Part shown: positions 11,415 to 25,718 of the stretch, in pieces
How the letters are laid out: each line of letters begins with the position of its first letter
Numbering within the stretch: the first letter of the stretch is position 1
NCBI GenBank assembly: GCA_053919585.1
Contig: CM132783.1
DNA from: Euprymna scolopes
Taxonomy: Eukaryota
DNA: 64,000 nucleotides
Strand: one strand, 5' to 3'
The notes under the pieces: generated by a model
Seen by the model: the letters and a program-made list of their open reading frames with translations, nothing else
What the model was told of the DNA's origin: nothing
The model's database searches: none
Program-made: the position numbers and the translations under genes

Positions 11415-13208
11415 ATTAAAACTGTATCGCTCCCTTACTTAAATATTATATTTGATATATTGCCTGGGCTGATTATTTCATTACAAACACACCAATCAAT
11501 TAACTCACATTTAATGATTTTGCATAATGCTTACGTATGTTTCAAATTTCGACTCACATTATCGCCCTCCATTACTAAAATAAGGACTTTGATTAATTGT
11601 CTGGGCTGATTATTTCATTACAAACTCACCCAAAAATTTACTCACATATAATAATGTTTCATAATTCTTGGATATATTATATTACTAACTTCCACAAACA
11701 TTTCTCGTATTTTAAACCTACATTATCGCCCAAAGTTTCTAAGATAACCACTTCTAATATATTTCTTGGGTTGAGTATTCCATTTCAAACACTCCAATCA
11801 AGTAACTAAAATTTAATAATTTTTCATAATTCCTGATTATGGGAATACTTTCGACGATCATTGTCATAATTAAAACGAGATTATAAGTCCCTCTTTTACT
11901 AAAATATTAACTTTTGCATATTTTCTGGGCTTAGTATAATATAAAAAAACACAACCATCCATTAACACACATTTAATCATTTTCATAATTCTTGGATATG
12001 TTACTAATTTCGACAATCATTCTTGATAACTAACCCACATAACCCCTCCCACTTACTAAAATAATTACATTGATATATTTCCTGGGCTGATTATTTCATT
12101 ACAAACACATCAATCAATTGACTCACATTTTATCATTTTATTATAATTATTGGACATGTTACATATTCAACAACCATTTTCCCTAATTTTATCCCACCTT
12201 ATACCCCCCTTAAAATAACTTTGATATATTGCATAGACTAATTATTTTATTACGAATACATTATACACCCATTTAATCTTTTTTCATAATTCATGGAAAT
12301 TTTTTACTAATTTTGGCATTTGTTTTTCACAGTTAGAACCAACAGTATCACCCCTCTCTTTGTTAAATATTAACTTTGATATATTGCCTGGAGAGGTTAT
12401 TTCGTTACACACACAACAATAAATTTAATCACATTTCATCAGTTTTCAAAATTCTTGTACATGTTACAAATTACATTTTTCATAATGTTAACCCGCATTA
12501 TCGCCCAACATTACTAAGATAATAAGTTGTAATATATTTCCTAGGCTGATTAATCCATTACAAACACACCAATCAATTAACTAAGACTTCATAATTGTAC
12601 ATAATTATTTAATATATTACTACTTTCGACGATCATTTTTTCATAATAAAAACCCACATTGTCGACCCTCTCTTACTAAAATAATACTACTAGTTACGTT
12701 GATTTATTGTCTGTGCTGATTTTTTATAACAAACACACCACTCAATTAACTCGCATTTCATAATGCGTCATTATTCGTTGATAGGTTACTAATTTTCACA
12801 ATCATTTTACATCATTTTGACCAACATTATCGCCATCTAACTAAAATAGGAACTTTGACGGATTGTATCATTACAACCCCATGAATCAATTAACCCTTAT
12901 TTCATCATTTTTCATTATTCTGTGGCATGTTACTAATTTTGACAATCATTTTTCATAATTAAAACCCATATTATCGCCCCCCCATCACTTAAATAATAAC
13001 TTTGATATATTATCTGGGTTCATTATTTTATTACAAACACACCAATGAATTAACACAGATTTTATCATCTTTCTTAATTCTTAGATATGTTACTAATTTC
13101 GACAATCATTTTTAATAAATTTGAAACCCATTATAACCAAGCTTACCTGAATAAGAACTTTGATGTATTGTCTGGGCTGATTTTTTCATTACAAACATAC
13201 CAATCAAT
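11415..13208. repeat. diverged ~155-bp tandem satellite, about 12 copies
   Basis: The motif TGGGCTGATTATTTCATTACAAACAC recurs at about 11465, 11602, 11767, 11926, 12083, 12234, 12388, 12542, 12712, 12866, 13015 and 13173. Confidence 0.92.
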
Positions 13209-13245
13209 TTCGGGTATTCTCATAGTCAATATTTGCCCCCTACCC

Positions 13246-13390
13246 GATTCAATCCCGGGTAACGCCACGTATTCTGGTAATATATATCTTTCATTTATCT
13301 CATTCGATCCTGGGCGACACAGGGTAATCCGATACTATATGTTTTTACATTTCTTCTTCAATCCGGGGCGACGCTGTGTATTGTGCTAGT
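13246..13390 (+). mobile_element. three tandem Helitron-like 3' ends
   Basis: About 55-bp period of TC(A/G)ATCC(C/T/G)GGG(T/C)(A/G)AC(G/A)C..GTA; the last copy ends CTAGT at 13386-13390. Confidence 0.6.
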
Positions 13391-13838
13391 ATATACTTTC
13401 ACTTATCTCATCAACTCCCGGGATTGAATTACTGTCCGCCAACCCACTGTTAAAAATATATATGAAATAAAGTAATATGTTAATAGTAAACTTTTTACAG
13501 TCATTTCCGGAACTTATTAATATCCCCAAAACCACTGTTATAAATATACATGATTTAATGTAAGGTTTAATCGTAAACTGTTTCAGCCTTTTCCGGGTGT
13601 GACTACGTTTTCCCATACCACTACTAAAAATATACTTGAAATAAAGTAATGTTCAAATTGTATACTGTTTCAGCCATGTGAATTAATATATAATACTTTA
13701 TCATGTTTGAACAGTTTTTATACTTTACATTCATATTATTGTGAAATCGCGGTAAAGGACAGAAAGGGAAATAGATGCCAGTTTTAAAATTGATGATGAA
13801 TTTTACAATCGTAAAATTCCTTAATAACACACACACAC

Positions 13839-13884
<46 letters not shown>

Positions 13885-14291
13885 TGTGGTTATGCAATCA
13901 CTTCATGAAATGCCTAATTGCAATCTGAAATCACTTTATTTCATATATACTGTAAAGTGAAGGGGGTTTTCAAAAATCAGTGCCCGGAATAACTGAAACA
14001 ATTTACAATCTAAGAAAACACTTTCAGCTATATATATATTTTAAGAGTGGGTTATATGGAGTCTGCCAAGAACATAGCATCAACAGTTAAAAAGCTGATA
14101 ATTAGCCATCGTTTTATATATATAAATTTTAAGCACATGTATGTTGAATCAGTCCCTAAAATTTCTGAAGAAATTTGCAATTAAAACCCATTTATTTAAT
14201 ATATAATAAGGGAGATTAAAGTATAAAGAGTTAGTTAAATATCTGGGGCATTTAGCGATAAAAAAATACTTGATTTTATGCATATTTCAGG

Positions 14292-14349
<58 letters not shown>

Positions 14350-14353
<4 letters not shown>

Positions 14354-14703
14354 TCACCCCAAACAAGTCACAGTGTAACTTTAAATAGAGGGCGACTATC
14401 GAGGACATAATTTGCAAGGACATTATGAAGGGAGATGAGTAGAAAGATGTGTGTTCACATTACACTTGAACTTCTTCATATCGGTACAGTTGGGAAAGCA
14501 GAATCCCGGGATGGAGTACCAAAGATTTGCAGTTCTTGGAATATCTACTGTAAAGAGGTGTGACTTAGTTGCTTGTCGGGTTTCTCGAGAAGGCACAGCT
14601 GCTTGTAGTTCGTCAGAGCACTCACCATTAAAGTACTTATAGAACAGGCAGAGGGATGCAACATTTCGTCGATTGAAGAGAGGCAGAAGCCTAGACGACA
14701 GTT
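14350..14703 (-). mobile_element. short 5'-truncated CR1/Jockey-group LINE (family B)
   Basis: Translation LSSRLLPLFNRRNVASLCLFYKYFNGECSDEL..KFKCNVN. Its 3'UTR is homologous to the 25719 copy and ends in (TA)n. Confidence 0.85.
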
Positions 14704-17700
14704 CATGAACTCTCAGTATTTTGGGGAGAACTACGCAGGATTGCGGTCCTGTTAACGGGGTAACAGAGCAATGCCTTAAATGTGCATTCATTGCTGGATT
14801 GTCGGAGCATGCGAAAGGCTTGCTACGAGTATCCTCCTGATAAAACAATTTGATCTATCACACGTGTTGGAGCGCTTTTAAAATACTGCAGTGTACTTGC
14901 ACAGCAAGCTGCTTTAGCTGCACGGTTAACCCAAACTACACCTACGGAGAGGAACACTTCACGGCAGTGTCACATGTGTAATGGTCTAAATCATGGAGCA
15001 AGCGATTACCTACTAGATAGCGCAACGAGAAAATATATTAGTGTAAAGCTTAGAAAACCTATCACCTTGCACCGATATATAATTTTGTCCGTTAAACGAG
15101 AAAGAAAACTAGAATTCAGTGCCAATCTAACCCCCCAAATTGGTGTAAATAGCGAATTTTCGGTTATCACTGTTCACATCAATGGACTACCGCGTACAAC
15201 TCTAGTGGATACTGGATGCACATAGTCACTGGTTCGCGGGTCGTGTTGCAAGGAATGGACGAGGGAAGTGACTCCGGTACACACAGCAGGTTGATGCACA
15301 CTTAGCTGCTGTGGAATAGGAATGGCGCAAGTGAAACTTGATGTAACGCGAAACATTAGCATAGAAGACTGAGTTGTGGATGGATACTTTCTGGGATTTG
15401 ATTTATGGCTGGGGATTGATGTAATCAAGCGACTGAGAGGTGTAGCTGTGTCTAGTGAAGGTGAGGTGACCTTCCCAAATTTCAGCGACACATTTTGCTG
15501 TTATCGCCATCAACGAGCCTGACTTCTCCACAGAATATGATCAGAATACTCAGAACTTGAACACGTCGTGGAAATGCGCTGGCGACCAACCACTATTTAC
15601 TTTTAGGAATAGACTTGCAGATTATCCAGGTCCAACACCAGTTCGTGCGAAATATGATCGTCCACTGCAGATGTTGATTGATAATGGTTGGATACTGCCA
15701 TACGATGAGGACAAACGTGGACCCAAAAAAGTCATATTTCCCCTCATGCCTGTTGTGCAGGAAAACAAACAGAAAGTGCGACTCGTTCTGGATTATCGGG
15801 AGCTAAATAAGTATGTGGACTTCCATATGGCCAACGCGGATGTTTTCTTATTAAAATTGAGGGAATGGCGACAACAGGGACCAAACTTTTCAGTGTTGTA
15901 TCTACGCCGAGCCTATTTACAAGTACATGTTGGCAAATCGTTGTGTCCGTTCGTTACAAGAGAGATCAAGGTTCAGCTATATTTTCTCACCCGCCTCGGA
16001 TTTGGGATCAACGTTGCCCATTTAATAATGCGGTCCAGTGTCAATGTCTACCTCAGACTATACAGGCGGCTAAGTTTTTGTATATTTATTACATTTTTTT
16101 TAAATGAAAGTATGTGTTCTGCGACCCGTGTCAAATAACATTTGGGAACATTTTGTCTAGAAAGAAAACCCCCAGAATAGCTGAAACTGAGTTCACGCGT
16201 ATTGGGATTACATGTCTAGGAGGACCACAGAAAATTGTTATGGCGACGGAGAAGTGACCTTCCAGGAGTAGCCGATAAACTTACTCGCCGAATTTTATTT
16301 TCAGTGCGCGGGAAGCTGACTGGTCATTTTCCGGAATGTGGCTGGTTACGCGTCGCCACAGCATTTGTAATAAGAAGAGCAAAGTGATGACGACTGGATG
16401 GGATGAGGAAGTGCGAGACTCTATTCTAGCATGGATGATCGAAGACATTTGTTTGAGAGTAGCCCAGGACTGATAGCATGCCTGTGGAGAAAATGTTACA
16501 GTGTGGGTTGACGCTTGTTCCATTGTTACAGGGATTGTTCTGGAAGCAATGGTTCCATGGCAGATGACGCAAGCTGGCTCCGAGCAATACATGAACACAC
16601 ACACATAAAGTCAACTAAGCTTAATGTTGTGACGCAAGTCGTCATCCTTGCATTACAGTAGAAAGCCTAAATCATACATCTACGGACAGATTCTGCCTGT
16701 GTAAATCGGTGGATAATTGACACCTTATCCGGACAGGCGGGAGTGCATACCAATGCAGCCTCAGTAATGTTAATAGGCATCGCTTCTCCACGCTCCAAAA
16801 TTTGACCTCGGAATATGCACTCACAATCGATGTCGGCTAGTTAAGTCTCACGAAAACAGAACTGACGAATTACTCGAGTAGCACAACGGTGTTTTTTTTT
16901 TTTTTTTTTTTTTTTACACAGTGATCACCACTTATCAAGGCCCGGGAGCCACTCAGGGATAAGGGTTATTGCAAGTACATCACGTTAGTGAGGAGATTTT
17001 ATGAAGTGTTTAATTAGGGGGGCGGTTCATTAGGAATTTGTTAACATTAGACTTGAAGACATCCAAGTTGTAGTCCGGAGGGAAGCAGGCAGACGGAACA
17101 GAGTTCCACAGGTGTGCAGTTCTAAGAAAGAAGCTTTGCTCATGAAATCCGCGTTTTGATTTAGGCACAGATATGGAGTGGGGGGAATTTTTCACAGTGG
17201 ATTCAGCTAGACGGGTGTTTTTCGTGAAAGATTGGCGAGGGGGGACCAGGGATTGGAGTTCAGACGAGCACCTGCCATGAAAATAACGATAAAACAAGGA
17301 TAGGCTCGCAACGTCTCTTCTGTGGGAGAGGGGTTGCAGGGTAGAGAAAAGGGCATCATCCACTAAACCACGAAGTCTATTTTGTACTCTGTCAAGGCAT
17401 GATAGGCTGTTTTTGGCAGCTCCTGCCCAGATATGGACACAGTATTCCATCCTTGGCTGTACTTGGCTTTTATATAGATAGAGAATTGCATCAGTAGTGA
17501 GATATTTTCTGGAGCGGTAGAAGGATCCCACCATCTTTCCTGCGACCTTGGCAACAGACTTGATGTACGTGTTCCATTTCAGATCAGGAGTAAAGGTCAA
17601 ACACAGAAGCTTGTCAAAACACGGGGCCTCACCCAGACGAGAGCCATCCATCACAATTTATGCCAGCTGGGGATCAGAGCGTTGATGATGTAAGGATAGG

Positions 17701-18905
17701 AGTTTGGTTTTAGATGCATTAAAGGTAACTAGCCACATCTTCCCCCACTGAACCACGCGCTCGAGATCAGAGGAGAGAGAATCCGAGAGAACTTCGTCAT
17801 TTACAGCCTTTGATGTGTTGCCGTAGATGGTCGCGTCATCAGCATAGATGTCAACGAATGATTTAAGTATGTGTTTAGGGAGGTCCTTGATGTAGATCAG
17901 GAAGAGAGTTGGGCCCAGGATTGACCCCTGAGGGACTCCAGCATTTTTATTGCAGGCCCCCGATTTTTGTCCATCTACCACTACTCTTATGATCCTATCG
18001 GAGAGAAATGATTTAATGATTGAGAAAATATTTCCAGTTATACCGTAGCTGGAAAACTTGTGAAGTAGACCCTTATGCCATACTTTGCCAAAGTAAATCA
18101 GATCCGTGAAGCGACAGAACTCAGAAAACGTGTGGGTGCTGTGACCGCTGAAAATGTACACGTGGCTCAAATACAGACAATTGGTCTCGTTGACATTTCT
18201 TTGTGAAAAAGACATGATACTTTGTTAATTAGCAAATCCATTAATAACTGAAACTGAGGTGCGGCTACTTGTTTGGTATTGTAAAGAATGGTCGTCCATA
18301 GAACCACTGGATTGGAAGCCAGGTAGGCTTGATGTCCTAGAAACCTGAAATAGGGTTGCCATGGATATAACCCATTTCTGCACTCAATAATACTTGGCGT
18401 TAATAGACTGTGACCCTTGTCGTTTGACCATTTGCAGCCAGTTTCACCATCTGATTTCTGCTAGTTTCATTAAGCAGTTGCAAAGTATATTCTGTGAAAG
18501 GGCGACACCAACCCAATTGCTTACAGATAATGGCGCAGCATTTTGCCGAAAGACATTTGCTGAATTTACACAGATGTTGGGCGAACACATTCGATTTCGG
18601 TGCCCCCACGTATCCTCCGGAAAATGAATAATTGAGAGGTGTCATCGCATAATAAAGCGCATTGCGGCAAGAATAACGTGAAAGATCTTAAAAACAGTGT
18701 GCCGCAGAACGTCACATATAAGGACGGCAATACGGTCATGGCATCAGCTGCAAATGTACTATGTAATTATAAGATCCGCGTCAAAGGTGTCAACAAATTG
18801 ATGGTGCCCGACACCACAGTTGCTAATCCATACAAGGAGGGAAATGCGGTTCGGGTGTAAAATCCTCCGGGAACATGCACGACGCAGTTCGGCATGTGGT
18901 ACAAT
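14704..18905 (+). mobile_element. degenerate Ty3/Gypsy internal region (gag-PR-RT-RH-IN), interrupted by a LINE
   Basis: Protease TLVDTGC (~15195), RT VLDYRELN/LRRAYLQ/RLGFGIN (15557-16138), RNase H VWVDA..TDS (~16500-16700), integrase DITH..LIDC..LLTDNG..IERCHR (18360-18650). Many stops and frameshifts. Confidence 0.9.
16892..18092 (-). mobile_element. 5'-truncated CR1/Jockey-group LINE (family A), relatively young
   Basis: RT GVPQGSILGP..YADD, C-terminal RRDVASLSLFYRYFHG, 3'UTR and an A24 tail (T run 16892-16915). Only one in-frame stop separates ORFs 17658 and 17010. Confidence 0.95.
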
Positions 18906-19959
18906 GACGGAGCCACTTTTGCGGGAGCTGGGGGTTTCTACATTATTTAACAAAGTGGCTAATTTGGTCTGTACTTATGAGGTGCGGATGTGTTAAGCAG
19001 ATGTTTGTGGTTTTTAATATGTTCTGCTATGTATCAAGCCAACAATGACCATTTGTCTATAATATTGAACCAAGGCAAAACAACTCAAGACCTTAGCATT
19101 TGAAAGGTCAAACCCGAAAGAACTCATGGATACAAATGCAAAACATTGTTTAAACGTTATGTATCAATGCCTCTCTTTCACACTCTCTCTCCCCCTTTCT
19201 CTCTCTTATTCTCGATTTCTCTCTTTTACTTCATTTCTCTCTCTTTCATAATTGAAAGAGAAAATTACATATAATTTTATTGTTTTAAACAGTCGACGCT
19301 TGCATTCTAGAGTCGGCAGACGTGACATAGCATGCGCTGGATTTCAACGTCTCTATCAAAATATGCTCCTCATCGTTATATCTTGAATAAATCATATATC
19401 TTTTTATAAACATCTTTTTGTATAATCTTTACATTCCAGTGTGACATTAATGCACATGATGGAAAGATGCCTATAATGACGCAATGAAGACCAGAAGCGA
19501 AAACTCCCAGCCTGTAATACCCGACGACATATCGACCAGTTTTTTGTTGATATTTCAATCTGCCTACCGTTAGATATCGTTGGATATCTTGTTTATTCGC
19601 CCGGGGAGGTGGTTGCGTTCTCCAGGACGTTCATCAACTAAGTAAACGTTCTTCAACTAAGTAAGCCTCGATGGGAACGCGATAGTGGCATATTGGCGCG
19701 CGATAACTTGGCTATATTATTTTCCTGTATGGAAATGCTTTCGACCCTACCGGGTTTTAATCGATTTCGGAACAATCTGTCATATACTTTTCGTAAATCC
19801 AGGATAATTTTTCGCATAGTAACAATCACGACCCTACGGAAAATGGACCCCATAACACCTCAGAAAAACTAAGGTTACTAATTCCTCTGCCCTTTTGGTA
19901 TTCTTGAATGTGTTTTGGTTTTATTAATTTGTAAAATTTATTTTGTGGATAGACAATTT

Positions 19960-21180
19960 TGTTTTAACATCAGCTGACAGTCCTCACAGGTGGATTGAGG
20001 ATCCTAATCTTCACTGGGAAACCGCCTGAGTTTGGGTCATGTCTTGCAGCTCTGAAAAAGAAAAAGTGGATCTACCAGCTAACAGATCCAGAACGAGTAA
20101 ACCTGACATACTATTTTTGTGCGGTCTTGTGTCGGAATAATCGGAGCATTGTTCGATAATTATCCGAACTGCACCAGTGAGGATCTGCTCGATCAAGTAG
20201 CAATTAAGTCCGGCGAATTCACAAATGCTGCTCGGGGTTTAATCAGAATAAAGCAAAATCGAAGTGAAGTACTCTCATATTTTGCGAGTAGGCTGAACAA
20301 ACTTGCTAAAATAGCTTATGGAGAGGCAGAGATGAGGGAACATCCAGCTGTACAAGTGCACTAAGCCTATTTATTCATAGATGCGTAAAGTAACCCCTTT
20401 ATAAAGGAGGATGTGGTAGGATCAAATCCGCCAACGTTATCAGAGGGCTTGTTTGCTGCTAGACAAAGGAAAATGCTGTATGGGTGACTCCGAAATGACC
20501 TCAAGAAGGAGTAGACTTTCTTTAATTATAATGTTAATATGTATCAAGAATCAAGGGGGCTGCTAAGCTAAATTTAGGGTACCCAAAACCGAACCTTACA
20601 GCAGTTGTAACGCTGTGAGATATAAGTTGTGTGGGTGTGCTTCGATACGACTGAAGCGAGGGTGTTCCAGCTATAATAGGCTAGAACCGCACTAGCAATG
20701 GTTACCTGACGAAAGATAAAATTACTTCACTTCAGGAAAAGGCAAGGCCAAGTTACACTCGAAGGGCATTCACAAACGACCGCCTCAAACGTCAACTCAG
20801 GGAAATGCAAACATGACATCGCCTCGAAGAAAGGCCTAACCCTGGGAAAGATAAACACCAGAGGTCGTGTATGTCAAGAAAGCGGAGAGAGCAAACCTAA
20901 ACGAGCCCACCAAAGAATAAATCAGTCAAGAAAACTCGGGAAAATAGAGAGACCGGCGAAATGAAATCCCCTACCAGGGCTCATGAATGGAGTGTATAGT
21001 TAAAAAAAAGGGGTAGACTGAAAGAGGCGGGATCGGAAGTCTCGCTCCTCTAAACATCAGTTTTTTAGGAGATAAAAGCACATAAAGAAGAGTTAAGGAG
21101 TTCTAAGCTTACAGTTGCTCTCGCAAACAGGCAAAGGATGCCACTTGAGAGCATGCCCAATTTGCCTATTAAAATGAAGA
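19960..21180 (+). mobile_element. degenerate Ty3/Gypsy gag-protease remnant (different family)
   Basis: Capsid-like RIKQNRSEVLSYFASRLNKLAKIAY..LFIDA..PPTLSE, and protease-like EAGSEVSLL (~21020). Confidence 0.65.
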
Positions 21181-21619
21181 AAGTCTCAGAAAAATGGTAA
21201 GCTTTTAACAGGACAATTCTCTCTCTGGAAAAGAATGGTATTTCAATAACTAATCCCTTCAGACATATATCAAAAAACTCTCAAATGCTTACAAAATATA
21301 TGGATAACGCACAACTTCGAAAATTCTTGAATTTACCCCTGCCCAACAGAAAATTAGAAGCCGATTACAAAACCAAAACATTTAGAAAACNNNNNNNNNN
21401 NNNNNNNNNNNNNNNNNNNNNNNNNNNNNNNNNNNNNNNNNNNNNNNNNNNNNNNNNNNNNNNNNNNNNNNNNNNNNNNNNNNNNNNNNNNNNNNNNNNN
21501 NNNNNNNNNNNNNNNNNNNNNNNNTCACCAAACCACACTCACACACGAAAAAATGTTGAAAAGTTCTAAATAAATAAGGCTTCACAAAAAGTCAATAAAA
21601 ACCCAATGGCTATAAAGCA

Positions 21620-23957
21620 ACCCAATCTCATATATTTATTACAATTGACTTATCAAGAGCGTACTACCAGACCAAAATTTGTCCCGAAGATCGGCCCGAC
21701 ACGGCCTTTACAGCTGGAACTCATTTGCAACAATTCAGACGAATACCCATGGGTGTAACTAATGGGGTTTCTGCTTGTCAACGGTATATGAATTCTTTCA
21801 TTTCTGACAAAAAAATCTGGAACATTTTCACATATAGATGATATTACTATTTGCGGTAAAACTCAGGATGTACATAATGTTAATTTGGATTTTTCTTTAA
21901 AGGTTGCCTCGACATATAACCTCAAAATAAACCGATAAAAATCATCCCATCCATTTGCTAAGGTACCAAATTTGAAACGGGACTATGCAACCAGATCCTG
22001 GTCGTTTGAAAATTCGTTTACAAATGCCTCCTCCTTCCAATTCAGATTCGTTAGAGAGGGATCTTGGAATGCTTTTGTACTACGCGAAATGGATACGTAA
22101 GTATTCATACAAAATTCGCCCACTGGTCGGAAATAAACAATTTCCCATGCCTACTATAGGTATCGATTCCTTTGAAAATCTTAAAAAAGACGTTGCCGAA
22201 TCGTCTGTAAAAGTTATTCATGATGAATTTCCATTTACTATTGAAACCGATGCCTCCGAAAAGGCAAAATAAGGCACACTCTTAGAGGCTGAGATGCTTG
22301 TAGCGTTCTTTTCTCGATCGTTAAACCCATATGAACTAGGACTTCAAATAATCGAGAAGGAGGTTTACTCCATAGTCGAGGAGGATCTCTGCTGGGAAGC
22401 ACTTTACTATTGTAACAGACCAGCAAGCTGTATCTTTTATGTTTAACCATGTTAACAAAGGAAAATTGATACGCTGGTAAATATAAAATGCTCCCGTTGT
22501 AATACGACATGAAACACCATATCGGAAATGAAGACATTGTTGCCGATGCATTATCGAGAGTATGTGGCCCTGCTGCTTCTTCCTTAGCCGGACTAAAGTT
22601 ACTACACAATTCATTAATACATCCTGGAGTAGTACACCCCTTTTGTCATTTTGTAAGGTCACGAAATATGCCCTTTTCAATTGATGAAATCCGGCGTGTG
22701 ACATCTGATCGTACGACCTGTGCCAAAATAAAACCTTAATTCTTCAACTCTACTAATAATACATTGATCCGTTCTACTGCTCCCTTTCAGCGCCTCTTCA
22801 TAGACTACAAAGGACCTGTCCCGGTATCTTCGTCGGGATATCATTAAATATTTACTGTCGTCAATGATTACAGTCAATTTCATTTTGCTTTCACTTGTCG
22901 CGATTGTTCTTCGCAAACCGTAATCCAGGGCCTTACAAATATTTCCTCCATTTTCGGACTCACCGCATTTATCCATTTCGATCGAGGAACTGCGTTTATG
23001 TCGGAAGAATTCAAAAAATTGTGACGCGACTTGGAATTGGATCCAGCAATACTACATCATATAAGCCAAGTGGTAATGGTCAATGCGAGCTCTAGAACGG
23101 CATTATTTGGAACACTTTGTTATTAGCTCTTGAATCTAGAATATTACCACTTAGCGCTTTGTAGGATGCTTTGAAGTGCTATGAGCTCCTGTTGTTCACT
23201 ACTACAAATCCAACTCCTCGCGAGCGCATGGGAAACTTTGAAAGGCGCTCTTCTACTGGCACTGCATTACATGTTTGGCTCTGTGACCCTGGGGAGGTAT
23301 TATTAAAACGGTTTGGTAACAGGAGCAAATATGACCCCATTGCCAAGGTAGTGGAACTCCTCGAATTTAACCCTATATGTGCAAGAACACAACATAATGA
23401 TGAGCGGGACGATTCAGTAGCGTTGAGAGATATAACTAGTTTTCCACGCTCCGATTGACCTCAAAATCCTGCGGACATTATTCAACCTTACTTTGCAAAT
23501 GCAGAGCCGACCCAGTTGGTCGAAACAGGTCTTGTTAGTACTCCGCCTAATACGGAAAATGAATTTGACTATAATAGTAACCCTAAGAACCAACCGTCCC
23601 AGAGGGCTACTGGTCCATATGATAGCGAACTACCTCCACGGCGAAATAACAGAATTCGCAGACCACTCCAGTTACTGGATTATAAAACAACGAAAGAAAT
23701 ATTTACAATCTCTTTTACAATTGGGGGAGATTGTTACATTTTCAATTTTATTGTTCTTACTTTTTAAAATAATATCATTTAAATTGTTTTACATTTAGTA
23801 ATTATAAAACATGATATGCAAATTCAGTTTCGTGCTACGTGATTTTGAACGTGCTCCTTTTTCTTTAAAAGGTTGAGTAATTTCTCTTTTGCTTTAGTAG
23901 CTGTGAATTTTGTTCGATAATGATTGTTTTACGTCTTCATTTACTTACAACACAACA
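21620..23957 (+). mobile_element. degenerate Ty3/Gypsy pol (RT-RH-IN) with polypurine tract and probable 3' LTR
   Basis: TAFT..PMGVTNG..IDDITICG; FTIETDASE; HPGV..CAKIKP; IDYKGP; IHFDRG; YKPSGNGQCE. PPT GGGGGAGA at 23723-23730, then TGTTAC at 23732; the LTR end is tentatively CAACA at 23957. Confidence 0.85.
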
Positions 23958-23971
23958 ATTCTTTATTTGTT

Positions 23972-24000
23972 GACCCGGGCAATGCCCGGTATATCTGGTA
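23972..24000 (+). mobile_element. isolated Helitron-like 3' end
   Basis: GACCCGGGCAATGCCCGGTATATCTGGT, same motif family as at 5735 and 13254. Confidence 0.5.
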
Positions 24001-25396
24001 CTCTTAAAAAGGAAAAATTCTGGAGCCAACTCTACGTTTAAATTTGAAGTTGGAGAGCCAAGTGCAGTTAGTCGCTGATTACATGTTTATCCTGATCAAT
24101 ACATGCGAAGTATTGTCTCAGACGTGTGGGGGTCTTTCCTTTTGATAACACTGAGGATGTTGAAAGTGCGTTTTTGCTTTAAAGAAATCATCCTGCTTCT
24201 CTAACATCTTGCTAACGAGTATCCTCTGGAGATGAAATGTAAGCATAACATTTAAGCTAGCGATAAACCACGGGAAATGACGCAGTAACAAACTGGCGTA
24301 GAGCATATACTTCGAGGTCCATTTCTGTGAAAAGAAGAAACTAATGTATTATCTTGCTAATGCTGCTTAAATCCAGAGGCCTGATCAGGTAGGTTTAACC
24401 CCATCATGTAGCATCTATCTTACTGAGCGCGTTAGGCTTAAGACGTGAATAAATGTGACAAGAAGTGTGTAAGCCATGCACCAAGCAATAACATTTAAAA
24501 TAAAACAAAAGCAATGCTCGTTTTTTTATCCCAATTTACATAAAATCTACTGCGTCGATCTGAATGGGTGAACATTTATTACTACGAAGTAACAGCGAAG
24601 AAAGTATTGCAGTATTCAGTATATTAAGGATTGGGTATATCAGGATGGCATAAGCAGAAAACATCACACTACAATGTTAACTCTACATTTTCCTAGAACA
24701 CAACTAAGTTGATCTGGTTAAAATTGTGTATAAATCTATTTTTCGATTCATCGCATAATTCATGGTATCCGTTCGATGCACAGTTTCGAATAATAAATGA
24801 TAGTGAATATACTCCACTATCTAAAAATAACTCTAAAACGACTGGAACATTCTGGATGAAATTGTGGATGGACTCCTGTTGCACTGCCCCAGTGAATAAA
24901 GTTTTATGTATCCGTTCGGTGCACATTTAGATATTACTAGGGATTTAGAGGGGTTATTAACAACAGTGGCATTTATACACTTAATTTTTCCTGAAAAATG
25001 CTGCACGAATCTGCCAGATATTTTTATCGGTCTTTGCTATTAATAGATGCATGTTATTCGTTTTGGGCCCAAATATAAATAATTAGAATTTAATAAGTAT
25101 AAACACGCAAGTGCCACATTTTCCTTTAATTTTTTTCTTGAACTACGAATTTTCTATTAGGCTTTGTCATGTTTTGTTTCAGGTTTTGTAATGCTTAGCT
25201 GCAGCTAATTATGTATTATAATTTTAGGTCACTGACGGCTTAGTTATCAATATTGTTTGATATGAAACTTATTGTATGCAAAACAGAACCCAAATTAAAT
25301 ATATAAAATTAGATATTATAGATTTGTTATTCTAAAAAAAACGGGTTATAACACTTCTTGTATGATACAAACTACTCAGTATATATAAATGCATAC

Positions 25397-25433
<37 letters not shown>

Positions 25434-25718
25434 GGTGTGTGTGTGTGTGTGTGGGTGTGTGTGTGTGTGTGTGTGTATTTGATTTGCATATTTTACATTT
25501 ATTGTGTAAATGGATACGCGCCGAATTCAGGAAACATTTGAAACGCAACTTTGTGATAGATAAGTCGATTAAGTTACTACAATATAATGGAGAATTAGCC
25601 AGATTTCTGAATGTACGTTTATGTATAATTTAACGCAACATTTTGCAATATTAAATTTTAATTTGACTATAAACGAATGAGTATTTTAATAATACACCTC
25701 CCCTATTTGTAATTATTA

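Noticed and set aside
11415-13208. CRISPR-like periodicity (also the 30-bp array at 41949)
   Set aside because: The whole unit repeats with no unique spacers, there are no cas genes, and the context is eukaryotic.
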